64,000 nt of DNA from NCBI GenBank assembly GCA_964270895.1, contig OZ185435.1, one strand, 5' to 3'. The translations under genes and the position numbers were made by a program. This document shows, piece by piece, positions 39,514-52,397 of the stretch; position 1 is the first letter of the stretch; each line of letters begins with the position of its first letter. The notes under the pieces were generated by a model. It saw only the letters and a program-made list of their open reading frames with translations. It had not been told where the DNA came from and made no database searches. The DNA comes from Podarcis filfolensis (Eukaryota).

Positions 39514-42500
39514 GATAAATACTTGATGAGCTTGTGGAGATTCTCTGGCTGGAAGGAGAGCCTGCAGGGCAAGAGAGGTCCCAAGAAGTAATACTTTCCA
39601 GTGGCAACAGTGATGGAAGGTAGGCTGCATGCACACTGTATATTTAACACACATTTCAACACAAAAAATCCTGGGCACTGTAGTTTACCTTTCACACAGC
39701 TACAGTTCCTAGCACCCTCAACAAGTTACAGTTCTCAGAAATCTTTGAGATAAATGTTCTTTAAATATATGATATGGATTCAGCTTTAGGCTTATGTTTT
39801 CATCCTTTGTGTTCTGAGAAAGGGGCATGTCACACTGTCTCTTTATAGGCTTTGAGCTCTGCTTTCTGAGCAGGTGCCACCTGAAACCATCTTTGAGAGC
39901 TGAAGAGTTGGTTGTCTTGTTTCCCCTTCATCAATAATGGAAAATCTGTAAGGGAACTGAGATGATAATAGGCTGTGTGGAGGAGTTAGGCAGCTAAGAG
40001 TTCCATTTTACCTGCATACCAGTGCAAAGACAGCACCACATCTTAGACCAAAGCTATAAGCCATACAATGTAAGGGTTTTGTTTAAGCTGTTGTGACTTA
40101 GACACTTATGGAGCAATTCCCTGTCAGTAGGTATACCTGAGCTGCAAGGACTATATATGTGTACAGTGACAACAAACCTATTTTAAAATACTAATTAATT
40201 ATGTCTCTTACCACTGGACAAGGTTATACTTGTTGGTAAGCTCTTCACCTGTCATTGAAATCAATGCACTGTAGAGGAAAGACACATACTGTTAAACCTC
40301 TGCTAGAAACTGAGATATGAAAGCTAGGAGATAAATGGCACCTTAAACTTAGGTTATGGGTGCAACAATGGAATGTCTAGGCATGCTTTTTAAATAACAA
40401 TAATACAAAGCTGAAAATGAATGAACTGCAGCTAAAATCTTGTGTTCATTTTTCACATGGTCTAGTCCTCATCTGCAAAAAAACCCAAAGCCATGCTTCC
40501 CCAGCCCACCCCCCTAATATTCTTAAAAAGGTCTCTTCTTCAGTCATTAGAGAGTGACTGGAAGTAGGGAGGCAGGAAAGGGTCCTCCTTTCCTTCCACT
40601 GTGCAGTTTTAATCTGAAATCTTAGGCGCAGTACTGTGCCCAGAGCTCAGGTACTGCTTACACTAATGAAATTTCCTGTTGCAAAATGCGCCCAGAGCAA
40701 TAGGATTTTTGAACACTGTGTTGAACACATTACTATAATCCAACCTGGACATAGGATTCTTTATTAATCATTCAGCTCTGTACATTTTCTTGCTAAGTCT
40801 GAAACAAGTTCAGACTATATATATTTTCAAACCTAGGAAGGTAAGTTAGAATTTGCAGATAAAGAGCTGAATGATTAATAAAGACTCCTGTGTCGCTACA
40901 TGAGCCATTACTTCCTTGCCTTGGGAGAAAGGTGGTCATTTGAGACAAGTGTAGCTACCGTTTCTTGTGGTTATTAGCACATTTCCTGTAGGTCATACAG
41001 TAACTAGTATGATTGCTTTTAAGTGTAACAAAATAGCTAGCTGGTGTGTACTAATTGAACTATAGTTATTGTTCTGTTTACAAAATGCAATAGTAAATAG
41101 ACAGAATTCAACTATGAACTCGGTAAATTAGTGTTAAGATACAGTATAAGTAACTTTCCATTCAACTTTGTTTGTAGGGCTTTGCATTTTTAAGTTTCTT
41201 TTCCCAAATTGAGAAGATTAAAGGTGCACGTGAGCTTAGATGTAAAGTATGCAATGCTTTGACAGTGTGAACATGAAGCATGAGTGCCCCTAAAACTTAA
41301 GCATAGTATGCCAACCAGGCCAATGTAACCTTAAGTATCAAAGATATGGTAAAAATATTGTCAATATACCTGGGGTTTTTCCAGGCTTGCTTGCACTTCT
41401 CTATTGATGCATGAATGGACATTCTTGCAAAACCTTTGCCCCACTGACCTTATCAGTTCGCTATCTTTGTGTGCTGGGGAGATGGAGGTTTCTTGATTGA
41501 ATCTACCCTGGAATCTGCTGGTGAAGGTCGGGAAATAACATTTAATAATAATGGAGGAGGGGTGGGGAGTGGAGGGTCCCTTTCTGCAGCAGAATGCAAA
41601 CAACCATTTGATGTTTTCAGGTATTTCCATAGTTCTTACAAGTACTGTTAGTGAAACTGCAAGGAGCTGTTCCCAACCCCCACCCAATGCTGTATCTTCA
41701 TATACACAAGATTGGTGATTTCTGGTGTGTGGAAATCAATTTCTATGCATGATGATTGTTCCTTGCTGCACTGGGGTTATTGTATATAAAATGGAGCACT
41801 CAGTAAAACAACTTTCTATGTTATGTAGCTCTGTCTAGTCTTAACTGATCTGTCAGAAAGCAGAAGAACTTACTGTGGCCTGATTGGAAAAGTCCAAAAT
41901 TGCTTACTTTACAAAAAGCTGATGTAATTTCAGTGTTGCTTCAAATACAAGGGCCTCTGGCTGCTTTCAAAGAGCTTTTAAAATTAACTGGGGACTAGGG
42001 CTTACCATCAAAGACTTTTATTTATACTTTCATTTAAACAGTTCTTCAGTTAAATTTGAATATATTTGCACATTATCAAATCCCCAATAAAGATAGTTTT
42101 TTGAGGACACCGTTACCACTGCTTGAAAGGAAGGAATATTGAGTCTGTTCTCTCTCCCTCCCAATATAGTAATTTTTTGACTTTCAAATAGTGAACTCTT
42201 CCATGGCAGGGAACGTTCTCTAAAAGACAGAATGCCTGCTACTGATTTCCCCCCACAGCTTGTAGGGGTGTGTGTGTGTTCTCTCAATTCATGTGGCATG
42301 AAGCTGAAATACCACAGGCTTGGTCTCGTTACGCCCAGCCTTTTCCTTCCCTCTTTGCGCTTTAGACTTCTGCGCAGGGTAGGCGACGGAAGGGGCGTGC
42401 TTCCCTCCTGGCCGGCTTGGCCAGGAGCGGTGCTGAGGCTCCCACCACCATCCTCTGGTCCTTTCACCTCTTCTTCACTGGAGGTGGGGCTTTCCTCATC

Positions 42501-42597
42501 ACCAGAAGAGGAACCGCTTCGCAAGATTTTCAGAGGCTCCCTGTAACACAACTGCCCCTCTGTTTCCCGCCCCTGTTCCGATGGCAGTTCCCTGACA

Positions 42598-42692
42598 GTT
42601 CCCATCATCCCTGACCACTGGTCCTGCTAGCTAGGGATCATGGGAGTTGTAGGCCAAAAACATCTAGAGGGCCGAGTTTGAGGAAGCCTGCC
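42598..42692. mobile_element. hAT-like MITE fragment (cccatcatccc family)
   Basis: cccatcatccctgaccactgg...gggagttgtagg...catctagagggcc. Confidence 0.6.
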
Positions 42693-43470
42693 CTAAAACA
42701 TCTTTTCAGTATTTTGTGGTAGATACATGAGCCTCCTTGGCAGATGTTAATGTGGAAAGGGCTTTCTGAAGGTAAAAACCGAGAAAAGTAATATCTCAAA
42801 AACCAAGACAGCTATAAAAAGTAAGCAAACATTCCTTTAGGCTTAGCCCAATCCACAATTAAATCAGTTGCAGAAAATTTTAATCTAATTATTTCGTTGA
42901 TTTAGCTACTGATTAAATCATGCAACCTTACTAGAAACCTTAGATTGCCAAAAGAAATAAATAACTCACTCTAGTTGCTAATCAATTAGTGTAGGCACTT
43001 AAGACCCCCCCCCTTCTTTGTCATGCTGCAGATCTTTTGTTCCAAGTGCTTCTTCATCATTCATCCTGCCAGCAATACAATATAATTCTCAAACTTCAGT
43101 ATAGATACTAATGTTTTGGTGGGATTCAGGAGAGTTGCCTATGATTTTTTTTAACAATATTGTGCTGTTGTGCAGTAGAGTTTAATATTCCCTATTGCTA
43201 GAAACATTCTGCAAAACCCCACACTATTGATTTAAAAATACTTAGCTTGCCCTTCTATAACATTTTCTCCCATTTCCCCAACTTGCCTTAAGTGCATCAG
43301 TGTGGTTTATGTTATGTTGAAGTAAAAATTGGCCTGGTTTGCATGTATCTAAGCCACTATCCCATAAAATTTCCACTAAAGCCCTCATGTCCTATCTGGT
43401 GGCTTGCCTCTGCTGCATGTTAAAGAAAAATGCTTGGCATTACCCTTTTGAAAAGCAGGAAGAAGAAACT

Positions 43471-43552
43471 GAGCTGCCCAGAGTGGCTGGGGAAACTCAG
43501 CCAGATGGGCGGGGTATAAATAAATTATTATTATTATTATTATTATTATTAT
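43471..43552 (+). mobile_element. LINE 3' tail with (ATT)n
   Basis: gctgcccagagtggctggggaaactcagccagatgggcggggtataaat plus (att)n. Confidence 0.7.
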
Positions 43553-43817
43553 TTGAAAACCTGCCTGGTGCAGAACAAGTCCTTTAGCAAGTATGGGAAG
43601 CTTATTGCTTGTTTTTGTATGATAAATAAAGTAGTTATTCTGAAAAGGAAGTTGGCACACAATGATTATTTATTTACTGAAGCCCTGCCTTTCCAGCTTT
43701 AAGATCTACAAGGTGCCTGAACAACAAAACAATTACAAACATTGTGGTGGTATACATAGAGATATGTGGCATGAAGCTTCCCGTAACTTGTATAGGTTGT
43801 TGAATACTGCATGAGAG

Positions 43818-44008
43818 ACCGGGGTGCCAACTCAAATAAAATATTGCAGGGGCCCAGGCAAGCCCCGCCCTGCATAATCAATCATATGACGCAGTGCACG
43901 TACACCATTTGAATGGGAATGCAAGTCAACTTTGTGGGTGCCCAGTTCCCTCAAATATTTTATTGTGGGGGCTGAAGCCCCTACAGCCCTTAGGAGATGG
44001 CTCCTATG
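43818..44008. mobile_element. Probable hAT-type MITE
   Basis: ggggtgccaact ... agatggctcctatg imperfect inverted ends. Confidence 0.45.
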
Positions 44009-44129
44009 TGAGAGACTTAATATACTATGAAAGACTGGTACCAGTATACAGTAAGGCCCTGCTTGCTTGGGAGAAGGGGAGGGAGTAGTCATGTTATTGC
44101 TTGTATGGCACTGTATTACCAAGCAGAGG

Positions 44130-44157
44130 TGAGTGAGTGAGTGAGTGAGTGAGTGAG
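44130..44157. repeat. (GAGT)n microsatellite
   Basis: Directly visible. Confidence 0.9.
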
Positions 44158-44859
44158 CTGGTTGTATATTTACATTTAATGTTGCCAGTGTGTTTTTTTA
44201 ATGCCAGATGTATGCTTAATGACAAGTGGTTGGTTGGGGATTAGCTGTGTTACGGTTATGGCTGGTAAGAATGGTTGAGAGTATGTGAGAGAGTGCTCTG
44301 GGAGATGTTGGGGGGGGGGCTAACTCACTTACCTTGTTTAGCTGCTAACGATGCTTTAATATGTGGAATTGTATTGCATTTTTGTATTGGTATTTGTCCT
44401 TATGTTTTTTATGTTTAATATAATGGAGCAGTCAGCTAACAGGTCCCACTAGTGGAAGCCTGCACAAAGATTTCTGCTAGAGCAGAAGGGCTTAACCCTA
44501 TCTCTTCCTCCTACACTCATTCCAATTGGTTCTTGACAGGTGGGAGAACCCCCAGAACTCGGGGAGGGGGAGAGAAGTGGGGAAATCATCCACCAGGCAA
44601 GTGGAAATGCTTGCACAAATGGGAGAGATCTCCTAATTCCTCCCAATATTTTCCTTTATTGTTTGCATGCTGCCTTTAAATGAAGGTGTTTTTTGAGTTT
44701 CGTTCACAATGTTTTATTTTGATCTTTTATAATGTTATACTTAATGTTTAAAGATACACTGTAAATAACTTGAATTTCCTTTGGAAGTGTGATGCAATAT
44801 AGAAATTATCTAAATAAATAACTAGCTCCTCATTTGCTCTCTTTTTTCCCTCCCTCCAG

Positions 44860-44920
44860 AGCACAAAGTGATCATTGTTGGCCTTGATAATGCAGGAAAA
44901 ACAACCATTCTTTATCAGTT
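44860..44920 (+). CDS. ARL5A: ARL5A exon 2 ([20 protein letters not shown]; P-loop GLDNAGKT)
   Basis: ctccag/gtaagt; 61 nt; G1 motif. Confidence 0.97.
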
Positions 44921-46571
44921 GTAAGTATGAAGTTATATGAACAGGTGACTAAAACTGCTTTTCCAGATCAGGATGCTGAACTAGACAAACTTTGCTTGTT
45001 ACCTGCCAGTAGTCAGCCAGATTCCACAGAACTCGCAATCCAAACGCAATGCACTCTCAGGAAATTGTTAGACATTGTAACAAATTGTAAGAAATCAGTT
45101 ATTTCCATTGATTCCTGTGGGGGGATTTCTAATGCCTTCCTGATCCCAAATGACAAAAAACCTGATAAAACCCTCTGAAACTACACCTTTTAAACTTGAA
45201 TACCACATATGTAATATTGAGGTAGGGGGAATACTTGAGGTTACCATTATAATCATTCAGAGCCAGATTTCGTGATTTGGAGAATGCTGTGTGGTACAGC
45301 TCTCACTGGCTCCTATCACTTCAGCTTATAGGTGTGGCATTGCATACCTGAATGCTCCTATATTTAGAAGAGAATTGCATGCCCTGCATCAAAGGCATGT
45401 CAAGAAGGCAATGGTAGAATATCTCCAACACATTTTCTGAGAGAAAAGCTATGCAATTAGGCAGTTTTGGTTCTGGCGCTGGTTAAAGGTATAGGGAATC
45501 AAAAGAAAATCTTGTTAGAAAGACAGTGCATATTTTAAATGATGTAAATCTTTCATTCTGCCTACCCAGGAATCTCAGTTTGGACTTCGGCATGAAACAG
45601 GTCTAGGCAACAGTCAGGTTTTGTTTTTTAAAAATGGGTATCGGCTATTGCTGCTTTGTGCAAGAGCCTTAGCTGTACACTGATAACCTTCAGCACCTAG
45701 CAGAGACTAATTCAGTCTGCAACTTCCATCTTGTAACTGAGTCTAAATGCAGCTTCCATGCCACAGCATCCAGCCTACTTCTTGTACTTCTGTACATCCT
45801 TTCCCACTTGGCCAATAACCTGTTTTTGTTCTAATATCTCACACCATGAAGTATATTAGGGAACTTGAAAGCTTGCTAATTATATTTTGAAATTTAGTGG
45901 ATTCCAATATAAATACTGACAAACTATGGATTTTGGAGTTCTAAATTGTATGGTATTTCATGCTACCTTGAATGTCTCCAAAAATCAGCTATACTGAGGT
46001 TCTGGAGATATGCCAACCTCTTAAATTAAGTTGCTGAATCAAGTGAAAACTCATAAATTAGTGAAGTGTCTTATTGAAATTAAATTCCTAAAAGGTTTTC
46101 TCCTAAAAGTAATAACAGTTTTGTTTGGAATTGTGAACAACATTGTCTTCTGCCAAGTTAAGTGTGATAGCCATATTTTCTTCTTCTGACCTTGTAACGT
46201 GGTAACTGTTTACGGATACACTGAGTCTGTAGTTTACACAGTCCAAATATGCTTAATGCAAATATAATCCACATTTTCTTGAAGCTGCACCCACATGAGC
46301 AGTTTGACATGTGACTCAGTGCACCCTGGACATAGCTGCAACATACCAGAGTTGTGTTTGCAGTTTGCACTGGCAGTTTGATAATAATGCTGCTTGGGGG
46401 TATTGTGTGGTCTGTACCTAGGATATGCTATGTCACGTTTTGATCTCAAAGCAACTACAAGCATAACTGCAGCTGAATGCAGATCAGACTGCAGAACAGA
46501 AAGAAATCTAGACCAAGGAGACCGAGGCAGAACATACATCATTCTTACATTTTCTTCTCCTTCCTTTGCAG

Positions 46572-46719
46572 TTCTATGAATGAAGTAGTGCATACCTCTC
46601 CAACCATTGGAAGCAATGTAGAGGAGATTGTTGTTAATAATACACGTTTTCTTATGTGGGATATTGGAGGCCAAGAATCACTTCGATCTTCATGGAACAC
46701 ATACTATACAAACACTGAA
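46572..46719 (+). CDS. ARL5A: ARL5A exon 3 ([49 protein letters not shown])
   Basis: ttgcag/gtaaga; 148 nt; PTIG and WDIGGQ motifs. Confidence 0.97.
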
Positions 46720-46838
46720 GTAAGAATTTGTATAATATAATGAAGAATTCAGCCAAAATTAATGCTTTGTCTTCTTGAGTTCAATGAGGAGAGTAAAGGG
46801 TTTGCATTGGCAGTATCATGCCCTTAAGTTACTAAGAG

Positions 46839-46841
<3 letters not shown>

Positions 46842-46885
<44 letters not shown>
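46842..46885. repeat. (AT)22 microsatellite in ARL5A intron 3
   Basis: Perfect dinucleotide run. Confidence 0.97.
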
Positions 46886-46887
<2 letters not shown>

Positions 46888-47218
46888 GCTATAGAGATAA
46901 GAGAAAGCATTGACTATTTTGCAGTAATATTAATAGCTTTAACTATGCATAATGAGGACTGTGCATAATGAGGAAACCTCAACAATTTTTATAACAAAGC
47001 TTTTCAGGATCTTAATCTTTCTGTACTTTGGGGTGGGCTTGGGATGTATGTGAACAGTCTTTATTTAGTAATCACTTTTAATTTGCAGTTACTGATTTTT
47101 ATGTTAAATTTGTTTGAATTATATTACATCAATTTTTTTATATGCCGCGAGTCATTTTGAGACATTTTTGTGAAATGACTACTAAATTAAATAACGATAA
47201 CGCTTCTTTTTCTTTTAG

Positions 47219-47302
47219 TTTGTGATAGTTGTTGTGGATAGCACAGACAGAGAGAGAATTTCTGTAACTAAAGAAGAACTCTATAAAATGTTAGCACACG
47301 AG
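47219..47302 (+). CDS. ARL5A: ARL5A exon 4 ([28 protein letters not shown])
   Basis: ttttag/gtgagt; 84 nt. Confidence 0.97.
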
Positions 47303-48111
47303 GTGAGTATGTGCTGGGAATTTTTTATCTAGCTTAAAAAAATGCTGCAATAATCCCTGCCTTAATGCTAAAGTTCTGTTTCTGACTTCCATTTATGTAA
47401 TTATCTCAAGATGGTTCATTTTCTTATAGCTGAGGAGCTATTAGATTTGATACAAATCTCTGGGGCTGTCACCTCTTCTTCAGACTTTTAAGAGGCCGCC
47501 AAAAGCTTTTCACATGTGACTATTTATAGTCGCCATACTGCCTTTTGTGTGAAACTGACATCATTGTTAAAAGTCCTGTGTAGTTTGAGAACAGCTGCTA
47601 TTGGCCTCAAACCCCTTTCAAAAATAAAATAAAAACCTTATTAGTTGTCAAGTAGTCAGAATGGCACCACTATAGCCTGCCTTCATTCTCCCTTTACATA
47701 CTGAAAGGCTATGTTTCCAGCACACTTTTAAATTTATTTAGATCTTTTACATTTGAGAATTGGAGTAGGGAACCTCAGGCCTGGGGGCTGAATTTAGCCC
47801 TCTAACATCAGAAATAGGTGTATGGGATATTAATTGCGTTGACATATGATAAAACAAGTGGCACAGTATATTACTATAAAACCTTTATTTAGGTTTTCTT
47901 CACTCCAGCTTTTACTCCATTCTGTGTTGGAAGGGAGAAATGTTTTGTAAAGTTACGCTTGTGACTTTTAACACTAAAAAAGAGGGATCAATGAACACTG
48001 TGATAAAAAAAAGTCCACTTTAACTTAATTTCTGTGTATTTACTAAAAATAAAGTAGGTTCATAGGACTGAGAAAACAACCTGGAAAAAACCTACATAGG
48101 GGAAATCAGTA

Positions 48112-48338
48112 CAGTGGTACCTCTGTATAAGTCCGCCCCGTCCAGCGTCCATTTCGGCGGACGTCCGCGGCAAACCCAGAAGTACCGGAACGGGTTACTT
48201 CTGGGTTTGCTGCTCGTGCATGCGCAGAAGCGCGAACTACTCCGTGTGTGTGCGCAGAGCGACACTTTGTCGAGCGTCCTTTTCATCGAGCGTCCAGAGC
48301 TTTGGAATGGATCCCGGACTCAAAACAAGGTACCGCTG
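48112..48338. mobile_element. CpG-rich Tc1/mariner-type MITE in ARL5A intron 4
   Basis: cagtggtacct / aggtaccgctg termini; TA flanks; internal inverted repeat. Confidence 0.85.
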
Positions 48339-49038
48339 TACACCTGTTTTTGCTCATTCTAGCAGCTTCCTCATTGTTTCTCTTTCAAACCTGCAAAACC
48401 TGATGCCTGTGATCGCAGTGATAGGCCAGCTTCCTAATCATGCCCCAGCATTTAAAGCTATAGTGCTTGCAAGCAAGAACTCTTGGTTGCTGCTATGTTT
48501 CTTCACATCTAGCACCTCCTGGGAACATAGGCAGGGAGTGGAGAAACATAGTGGCAGTCAGATCTCTTGCTCTGTGGACCTTGGTTTTAGTTTTTAATGT
48601 ACTGGAGGTGAACAGAAAGCCTGCCACAGATGGTGTCATCAAAATGTGGGATTTGGGGTGGTGTGGTGGTAAATAAGCCAGTGTTCTGGTAAGTATGCCC
48701 TGAAACTATACAGACCAGTTTGGGATCTACCCTACCCCAGCCAAATACTGCACTGCAGTTTCAGGAAACCTCAAAGCTTTCCCCAAAACAGTGAACCTAG
48801 TTCCTTCTAGGCACAGTGGAAGCTTATTCTTTTCTAAGATAGAGTTATCAGTTCCCCCTTTCTTAGAATTGCTGGAAGGTCACCTTTATTTGGGTTGGCC
48901 TCTACACCATTAGGTTGCATGGGACTACCGTAGTGTGGCTTTACATTTTAAAAAAGCAGGTGTTACTTATCATGCTGGCTTATCATGTTGAATAATGGGG
49001 AAACAAACTGGAGACATTTTCTTTTTTTTCCTCTCTAG

Positions 49039-49190
49039 GACTTGAAAAAAGCAGGTTTGCTCATCTTTGCTAACAAACAGGATGTTAAAGACTGCATGAC
49101 AGTAGCTGAAATTTCTCAGTTTCTGAAGCTAACCTCAGTTAAAGATCACCAGTGGCACATCCAGGCATGCTGTGCTCTTACTGGCGAAGG
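49039..49190 (+). CDS. ARL5A: ARL5A exon 5 ([50 protein letters not shown])
   Basis: ctctag/gtaaga; 152 nt; NKQD G4 motif. Confidence 0.97.
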
Positions 49191-50316
49191 GTAAGAAGTC
49201 TTTGGTTCATCGATACTTTTCTGAACAGATCTGGTACATGCAACTAATCAAGGGCAATACTTAGTAAACCAGTTAGGTAAATTTATTCCCACTGTCTCCA
49301 TATGATAACATTTCACCAGTTAATACTTTCCTTTTACAGAGCTAAAAAGTAAGGAATCTACCCAAATATATTTTATTCATATATTATTATCATATATCAT
49401 ATATTCACCTTTCCATGGTTTTTCTATTTGTATAGGTAGGAAGTAAAGTCTTGAAGAATTCGTCCTTAAAGCATAATGAACTGTTGAGGGGAGAGGTAAA
49501 TGATGGGAAATATGAAGCAAAGGGGAGTTAGCCTTTATGGCTCCCTTGTTTTTAGCAGTTGTGTAGATGGAAGAATTCTGGGCTCACCAAAATTCTATCT
49601 TTTATGTAACTGTTAAGGATACAATGGAAAACAGGTAAATGATAGCTTTTGGTGGAATATAAAAAAAGAGCTTTTGTAATTCGTTAAAAGCACAGAAATG
49701 GCACATACAATAGTAGGGAAAACAGGTGTTTCAGTTAGATGAAGTATCTCTTCTTTGCACTTGTGTGTACCAGTGGATAAACAAATGGAGCTGGCATCAA
49801 TTAACAACACTCCATATATTTTAATTGTAGTAATAATTTAGCCTTCCAAAGGATAATGCAAAAGTTTCTAGCCCTTGAAGCATTTCACTAGCCCAACTGT
49901 CCACAAACCCATGTACAGGCAGCAACCATTTTGTGTATGTCCAAATTATGCATGACGGTCTTTTGGACCCAGAAGAGGACAGAATGGGGGCGGGGCAGGG
50001 CAAAATGGTCACCACCTATATTGATAATCTTTTTATGCCCATGGACAAAATTTTAAAAACAGTTCATTTTTTTAAAAAGTCTTCGCCAGTTACTAGTTGA
50101 TAAATCATTGCAACAAACTTTCATGGTACAACGAGTTTATTGTTATTCCCATATTGCAGTTAATATTTTGGTGCTGGCTGACAGTGGCCTTTGAAGCTAC
50201 CTATTAAGGTGATATATGAATGGCCAGAGGTTGAAGTTTCTCATACATAGATTATGTATGTATATATAAACAAGGAAGTAACCACTTTTTTCTGAATTTA
50301 AATGTTTCATTTGCAG

Positions 50317-50365
50317 ATTGTGCCAAGGACTGGAATGGATGATGTCAAGACTTAAGATCAGATGA
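50317..50365 (+). CDS. ARL5A: ARL5A exon 6, coding part (LCQGLEWMMSRLKIR*)
   Basis: ttgcag acceptor; total CDS 540 nt = 179 aa plus stop. Confidence 0.97.
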
Positions 50366-51258
50366 TTTTTATTCTGCACAGACATTGTACCAAAAAAAGT
50401 GCTGGACGTTTGGTCATCTTGACAGCTGTGAATTAATGGCTTATGTGTATTTATAAAATCAAAACTTCATTTGCTACTTTATTTGCTACTTAACACACTA
50501 AAGCCACCTCCGACGGAAAGAAAATATTTTGAAGTTCAAACTTGGCTTTCCAGATGCTTCCTCTGGGTGGAGTTCAAATACTACAGCTGACCTTATCTTT
50601 AAAGTGAAATCACTTGAAACTGTTTAATAAATAATGTGTGGATTGAGAAAGAAAAGGAGGAATTTTAACTTTTACATTTTATTATTCCAGTCTAATTCAT
50701 CCAGTTGAAAATGTTGACTTTATTATTCCAGCAAATCAGAAAAGAAAATCAGTGGCACAGGTATTGACTTCCAGTATTGAAACTTACTCGGCTGTGTTTC
50801 AGAAAGTGCAATTCCCCCCCCTGTATGTGTACTGTACACTTTGTATACTTATACCTCATGTTAAGTTTGATTGAAATCGGTACAGAAACAGCAAATAGCA
50901 CTGACTCTTGTCAGCATTCTTGATGCTGAGATCCACAACAGTATGTGGATGTCGGGCTTTTTAGTCCAGTTGGACTCCATAAGAGCAGGCTGTTTGGAAT
51001 TGAAAGTACTCTAATCTGTTTTTTAATTGGACTGTGAAAAATAGTACTAAAAGGGTTACTGCTGACACATCATTTGTATTTCGTCATATTCTGTATGCTA
51101 TTCTCATGCCACTGGGGATGGTAAAATTCTTTAAGATTGTTTTATATACATTTTGCATCTAAAAAATAACCATAAAAAGAAACATGACGTGGTCTATTAT
51201 TGATAAAGTTTTATATGGCTTAATATTGGCATCTAGCTGTACTAAACAATAAAATAAA
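50366..51258 (+). other. ARL5A: ARL5A 3' UTR to candidate poly(A) signals
   Basis: AT-rich sequence after the stop; overlapping AATAAA at 51248-51253 and 51253-51258; another at 51826-51831; true end unknown. Confidence 0.55.
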
Positions 51259-52344
51259 ATTGAAAAAGGTTGAGGGAAGTTTAAAAGTTGACATTTTTAT
51301 GAAGTTGGCTGAGAAAATAGCTTGGAATATGCAGTATAGTTTAAAAACATACTTATGCCTGTGTTTTTTTTATTGGGCCACCCCCATTTGAAGCACCTCT
51401 CAGGTGAAGTATATTTGTTGTAACTGATAGTGGGACACTGAGTTTGATCCAGACTGAGTTGCATTTAAGTCTCATTGATTTCAGTGGGAGCAAAGTCATG
51501 ACTATAAATTGTTCAGTTAACTACATCTGGGCCAAGTCAATTATTACTTTATAAGAGGCAGAGGTTAAAATCCAGATAGCTATGTTGGTAGCAAACCGCT
51601 ATCTTGTATAGCAAACTGCTTTTGAAATTCTCTAGGAATATCTGAAGTATTTTGCTATATTGATTGGAGTGGGATGGCCCTTAAAGAAACAGAAGTCTAA
51701 GCGCAGTGCATTGTACTTATGAAGCACTTCTCTGGGTTGCGGAAAGAATCCTTTAATCCATACGAACTACAATTGACAGCTTTACCTGACTCTGTTGCAA
51801 AACTCCCAGGGTATTGAGCAGTGTGAATAAATTGTTATTTTCCTTCTTAATCCATGTGCAGTCAACATTGTAAAGGTTGATGGTGGTGGGGACAGTGATT
51901 TGAAGAGGTGCCATATAATGTAGAAAAAAAAATACTGCTTCTGTTTAAAAGGATGGTAATTCTTCTGAAAGATTTGAAGTATGATTTCAGTGTTCTGAAC
52001 ACTGTGCCTATTCTTTTTATCAGGCTTTTGTGTTATTTAGAAGCAAATATATAACTAGCACCTGATAAACTGGAAAACTTTTTTTCCCTTTTTTAAAAAA
52101 TATCATTAAGTACAATTTGCTCCTAAATGACAAAATTGGGTCAGATTTTCTCAAAATTACTACTCTTAGCTCTTGAAATCTGATGGATGAATAAACTAGG
52201 TTTGTATGCTGTGGGTTGGCTGGTTTCTACTATATCCCCAAATGCTTTTTACAATTAAATTCTTACAAAACACACACACGCAGTATCAGTGCCATTAAGC
52301 GGGTGGTGCATCAGTGTTTTACAAGAGGAGCAATTGCATTCTAT

Positions 52345-52397
52345 TGTTGTTGTTTAGTTGTGTCCGACTCTTTGTTACCCCATTGACCAGAGCACGC
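52345..52397 (-). mobile_element. BovB/Sauria 3' tail, about 50 bp
   Basis: gttgttgtttagttgtgtccgactc...gaccagagcacgc matches the tail at 30218. Confidence 0.75.

Noticed and set aside
45800-45920. Possible Penelope-type tail remnant
   Set aside because: Similarity too degraded to support without a repeat-library search
38362-50365. Assignment as ARL5B or ARL5C
   Set aside because: The N-terminus (MGILFARIWRLFNHQ), the C-terminus (MMSRLKIR) and adjacency to CACNB4 fit ARL5A
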